Below, piece by piece: positions 49,695 to 53,887 of a stretch of DNA of 53,887 bases. Source of the DNA: Bacilli bacterium. Its GTDB lineage: Bacteria > Bacillota_I > Bacilli_A > RFN20 > CAG-826. The position numbers and the translations under genes were made by a program. Position 1 is the first letter of the stretch. Each line of letters begins with the position of its first letter. The stretch lies in assembly GCA_036649855.1 (NCBI GenBank), contig JAVWAV010000004.1, forward strand, positions 23,011-76,897, read 5' to 3'. The notes under the pieces were generated by a model that worked only from the letters and a program-made list of their open reading frames with translations, searched no databases and was not told the DNA's origin.

Positions 49695-50702
49695 CTCCAA
49701 AACTAAAAAATCTATAACGCTCTTTTATTGCATGTTCATAGCATTCTAAAATAAATTCTCTTGTTGAAAATGCTGAAACTAACATAATTAATGTTGATTT
49801 AGGTAAATGAAAATTAGTAATTAGAGCATCAATTGCTTTAAAAGTGTAACCAGGAGAGATAAATATATTAGTAGATTCACGAGTAGCAACAAATTTATTA
49901 TACTTCGTAAAATTAGCTTCTAATGTTCTTGTTGTAGTTGTTCCAACTGCAATAATTCTTCTTCCTTCAGCCTTATATTTGTTCAATTTCACTGCAGAAC
50001 CCTCATCAATTTCATATTCTTCACTATGCATGACGTGATCTTTTGTGTCTTCTACTTTCACCGGTCTAAAGGTACCAAGACCAATATGGAGAGTAATATC
50101 TACAATATCTATACCTTTTTCTTTTATCTTTTCTAATAATTCTGGCGTAAAATGAAACCCGGCTGTTGGAGCAGCAGCTGATCCTTCAACCTTAGCATAT
50201 ACTGTTTGATATTTGTTATTATCATCACATTGTTTTTTAATGTATGGAGGTAGTGGCATCTTACCAATTTTATCTAATATCTCTAAAAATATACCTTCAT
50301 AACTAAATTTAATATGACGTATTCCTTCAGGAAAATAAGCAACACATGTTCCTACTAATTCATTGTTTTCACCAAAAGAAATAATAGAACCAACCTTAAT
50401 TGTTTTAGCATTTCCACATAAACACTCCCATGTTGAATCACTTAATTCTTTTAATAAAAGCACTTCAACATGAGCGTTTGTTTCTCTTTTAATTCCAAAC
50501 AAACGCGCCGGAATTACTTTAGTATTATTTCTAACTAGGACATCTCCTGGATTTAAATAATCGATAATATCATGAAAATGCTTATCTTCATAAGTTTTAT
50601 TTTCTCTATTAATTGCTAATAATCTACAATTATCGCGATGATCTTCTGGAGTCTGAGCGATAAGATTTTGAGGTAAATCAAAATCAAATAAATTTATATC
50701 CA

Positions 50703-50703
<1 letters not shown>
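49666..50703 (-). CDS. queA: S-adenosylmethionine:tRNA ribosyltransferase-isomerase
   Basis: 345 aa. It starts MDINLFDFDLPQNLIAQTP and has the PTAGFHFT and VGTTTTRTLE blocks. It uses a TGA stop. Confidence 0.95.
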
Positions 50704-52360
<1,657 letters not shown>

Positions 52361-52427
52361 TTATTCTCCTTGTTCTACAATAGGCAGTTAACAAGGAAGT
52401 AAACCTAGTTAAACTTATTAATAAAGC
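52361..52427 (-). promoter_or_regulatory. queT 5' leader with an SD-sequestering helix (possible preQ1-responsive element, class not identified)
   Basis: The predicted RNA is GCUUUAUUAAUAAGUUUAACUAGGUUUACUUCCUUGUUAACUGCCUAUUGUAGAACAAGGAGAAUAA-AUG. The CUUCCUUGUU segment is complementary to AACAAGGAG, which contains the SD. UAGG/CCUA could close an H-type pseudoknot. queT genes are commonly preceded by preQ1 riboswitches, but I could not match a class I, II or III core by eye. Confidence 0.35.
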
Positions 52428-52433
52428 CTATTT

Positions 52434-52442
52434 ATTATAGCA
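52434..52442 (-). promoter_or_regulatory. Extended -10 promoter for the que operon
   Basis: The minus strand reads TTGCTATAAT, that is TGnTATAAT, with the hexamer at 52434-52439. Confidence 0.5.
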
Positions 52443-52470
52443 AATTTAAATAAAATTTATAGTTAAATAT

Positions 52471-52519
52471 GTAAACGGTTACAGTAAGCGTTTACACTAT
52501 TGTACCCATATTTACACTA
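52471..52519. promoter_or_regulatory. Operator-like repeats in the divergent queT / small-ORF control region
   Basis: There is an inverted repeat GTAAACG-N11-CGTTTAC (52471-52495). There is also a direct repeat TTTACACTA at 52491-52499 and 52511-52519, with a 20-bp period. These flank or overlap a candidate plus-strand promoter: TTGTAC (52500-52505), a 16-nt spacer, then TATACT (52522-52527). Confidence 0.35.
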
Positions 52520-52571
52520 GTTATACTATAAGTGGTTCCAAAAGAACCATTAATTCAAGGGGGTTAATAAT

Positions 52572-52745
52572 ATGATTAAATTTTACGAAAACAATGACTA
52601 CGATGATGAACAATCAGAGAGTTATTTAGGTAACAGTCCATTATTTGCTTACGGTGCCTTCCTTGCTAACTCAAGTATATTAAGCAATAATGCCTCAGTT
52701 TCCTCAGTTCGTTCAGCATTTGAATGTAACAAAAAGAATAAATAA
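52572..52745 (+). CDS. Unannotated 57-aa ORF with a strong SD and its own terminator
   Basis: My hand translation is MIKFYENNDYDDEQSESYLGNSPLFAYGAFLANSSILSNNASVSSVRSAFECNKKNK. The SD AAGGGGG lies 8 nt before the ATG, and the terminator hairpin starts 15 nt after the TAA. It is below the ORF-track size cut-off and I did not recognise a family. Confidence 0.45.
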   Translation: MIKFYENNDYDDEQSESYLGNSPLFAYGAFLANSSILSNNASVSSVRSAFECNKKNK

Positions 52746-52759
52746 GAAGGCAAAAATAA

Positions 52760-52791
52760 AACTTCCGGAACTAAAATCCGGAAGTTTTTTT
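52760..52791. terminator. Bidirectional rho-independent terminator (small ORF on plus, hydrolase on minus)
   Basis: A 10-bp stem AACTTCCGGA / TCCGGAAGTT has a 7-nt loop. A T7 run lies on plus and an A-rich run upstream gives a T-run on minus. Confidence 0.78.
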
Positions 52792-53692
52792 ATTGAATTA
52801 AGAAATTATAGATATCGTTTTCAACTTTATTATGTTTGTCTTCGTTTAATATTTCATGACGCATATGATCATAAATTATTACACCAACATTTTTTACTCC
52901 TACTTTATTATATAACTTAACAAGTGGGGTAATTGTTTTACAATTAGAAGAAACAGGATCGTCTTGTCCACTAACAATAAGGATTTTAACATCTTTTGCT
53001 ATATTAGCCATTTTTTTCTTTTGATGAAGATGAGCTACTCCATCAACTAATCCTAATTGAGCACCCCATGACCTAATATAATTACATTTTTTATCATGGT
53101 GATATTTAGTTGAGTTTTCTTCGTTATATGAGATCCATTCACAAGGATATTTACTACCTTTAACACTTTTTTCATAAGGTCCAATTGATAATTTATGAGC
53201 AAACTTCGATGGTTTATCAAAGTTTTTCTTTGTAGTTAACATCTTTAAAACAAGATATCCTGGTTTTGAAATAAACATTGGTCCGCTTGTTCCGATTAAA
53301 ACTATCTTTTTAGAACAATTTGGATGACGTTGAATTAATTCTTGAAGAATAAACGAACCCATTGAATGTCCTACTAGATAAACAGGAAGTTTATTATTTT
53401 TTTCAAGTTCTAGTTCTAATTCAAAAATAGTATCAGTCATTTTATAGAAATAATCTTTTGGAGCAGTACCTAGCTCTTTTTCGTCCTTAACATTTTCTCC
53501 TTGTCCATGATGATCAAGACAATACACATTCATCATTTTACTATTTAAAAATGTAGCAAAACGTTCATATCTTTGACTGTATTCACATAATCCAGTTATT
53601 AAAATAACATTAGCAACAGCTTTTTCTAGCAACCATTTAGAACCTTTTAGTTCTTCTCCATAAGAATTCTTAAAAGAAAATTTTTCAATCAT
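52790..53692 (-). CDS. Alpha/beta hydrolase (lysophospholipase / monoacylglycerol lipase-like)
   Basis: 300 aa. It has the nucleophile elbow GHSMGS and a late His in MRHEILNE. The SD AAGGAG lies upstream. Confidence 0.82.
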   Translation of the reverse strand: MIEKFSFKNSYGEELKGSKWLLEKAVANVILITGLCEYSQRYERFATFLNSKMMNVYCLDHHGQGENVKDEKELGTAPKDYFYKMTDTIFELELELEKNNKLPVYLVGHSMGSFILQELIQRHPNCSKKIVLIGTSGPMFISKPGYLVLKMLTTKKNFDKPSKFAHKLSIGPYEKSVKGSKYPCEWISYNEENSTKYHHDKKCNYIRSWGAQLGLVDGVAHLHQKKKMANIAKDVKILIVSGQDDPVSSNCKTITPLVKLYNKVGVKNVGVIIYDHMRHEILNEDKHNKVENDIYNFLIQ

Positions 53693-53887
53693 ATAATAAC
53701 TCCTTTTTTATATTTTAGCCTAAAAAATCCTAAAATTAAATAAAAAGATAATTAAGTGCTAACTCAATTATCTATAAGTTATTTTTTAATACATCGATTT
53801 TGTCTCACATCATTTGATATTGTACAATACAATTCAATCATTGAAACAAACGAAAAAAGGAGAATCCAAAATATTGAAATCACCAAG

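Noticed and set aside
52361-52427. Calling the queT leader a canonical class I preQ1 riboswitch.
   Set aside because: I could not locate the short P1 hairpin with the conserved loop followed by an A-rich tail in the expected geometry. I therefore report it only as a candidate SD-sequestering element.
53858-53887. A possible plus-strand gene start at the right edge: AAGGAGA followed 10 nt later by TTG at 53874.
   Set aside because: Only four codons are visible and the SD-start spacing is long. The evidence is not enough to call a CDS.

Overview
This is an AT-rich chromosomal segment that uses the standard genetic code: TGA serves as a stop, for example at queA, and all long core genes are uninterrupted. 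Gene order is Firmicutes/Mollicutes-like and almost everything is on the minus strand. Reading the minus strand from high to low coordinates: an alpha/beta hydrolase; a queT-tgt-queA-queH queuosine salvage operon; a complete S10-spc-alpha ribosomal protein cluster (rpsJ to rplQ, including secY-adk-map-infA-rpmJ, with no rpmD); a trimeric HydABC-type [FeFe]-hydrogenase operon; a ~1.7 kb very AT-rich islet bracketed by a 46-nt direct repeat; HAD hydrolase-cysS-mgtC; rlmB and a sigH-like sigma factor; rpmG-secE-nusG; rplK-rplA; rplJ-rplL; a ybxB-like methyltransferase with rpoB-rpoC; two plus-strand membrane protein genes; rpsL-rpsG-fusA-tuf; four tandem, translationally coupled RDD-family membrane paralogues; and a partial secreted/anchored protein running off the left edge. 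I saw no rRNA, tRNA, CRISPR array, transposase, integrase or recognisable defence gene. Most of the window is ordinary core translation and transcription machinery. The items worth a second look are the split-RDD quadruplet with its anchored protein, the repeat-bracketed islet, an atypical H-cluster motif in HydA, long low-complexity extensions on several ribosomal proteins, structured GC-enriched operon leaders, a GC-rich palindrome inside the S10 operon, a possible riboswitch-like leader on queT, and an unannotated 57-aa ORF with its own signals. All functional calls come from reading the translated ORFs by eye against remembered family motifs. No database search was run.
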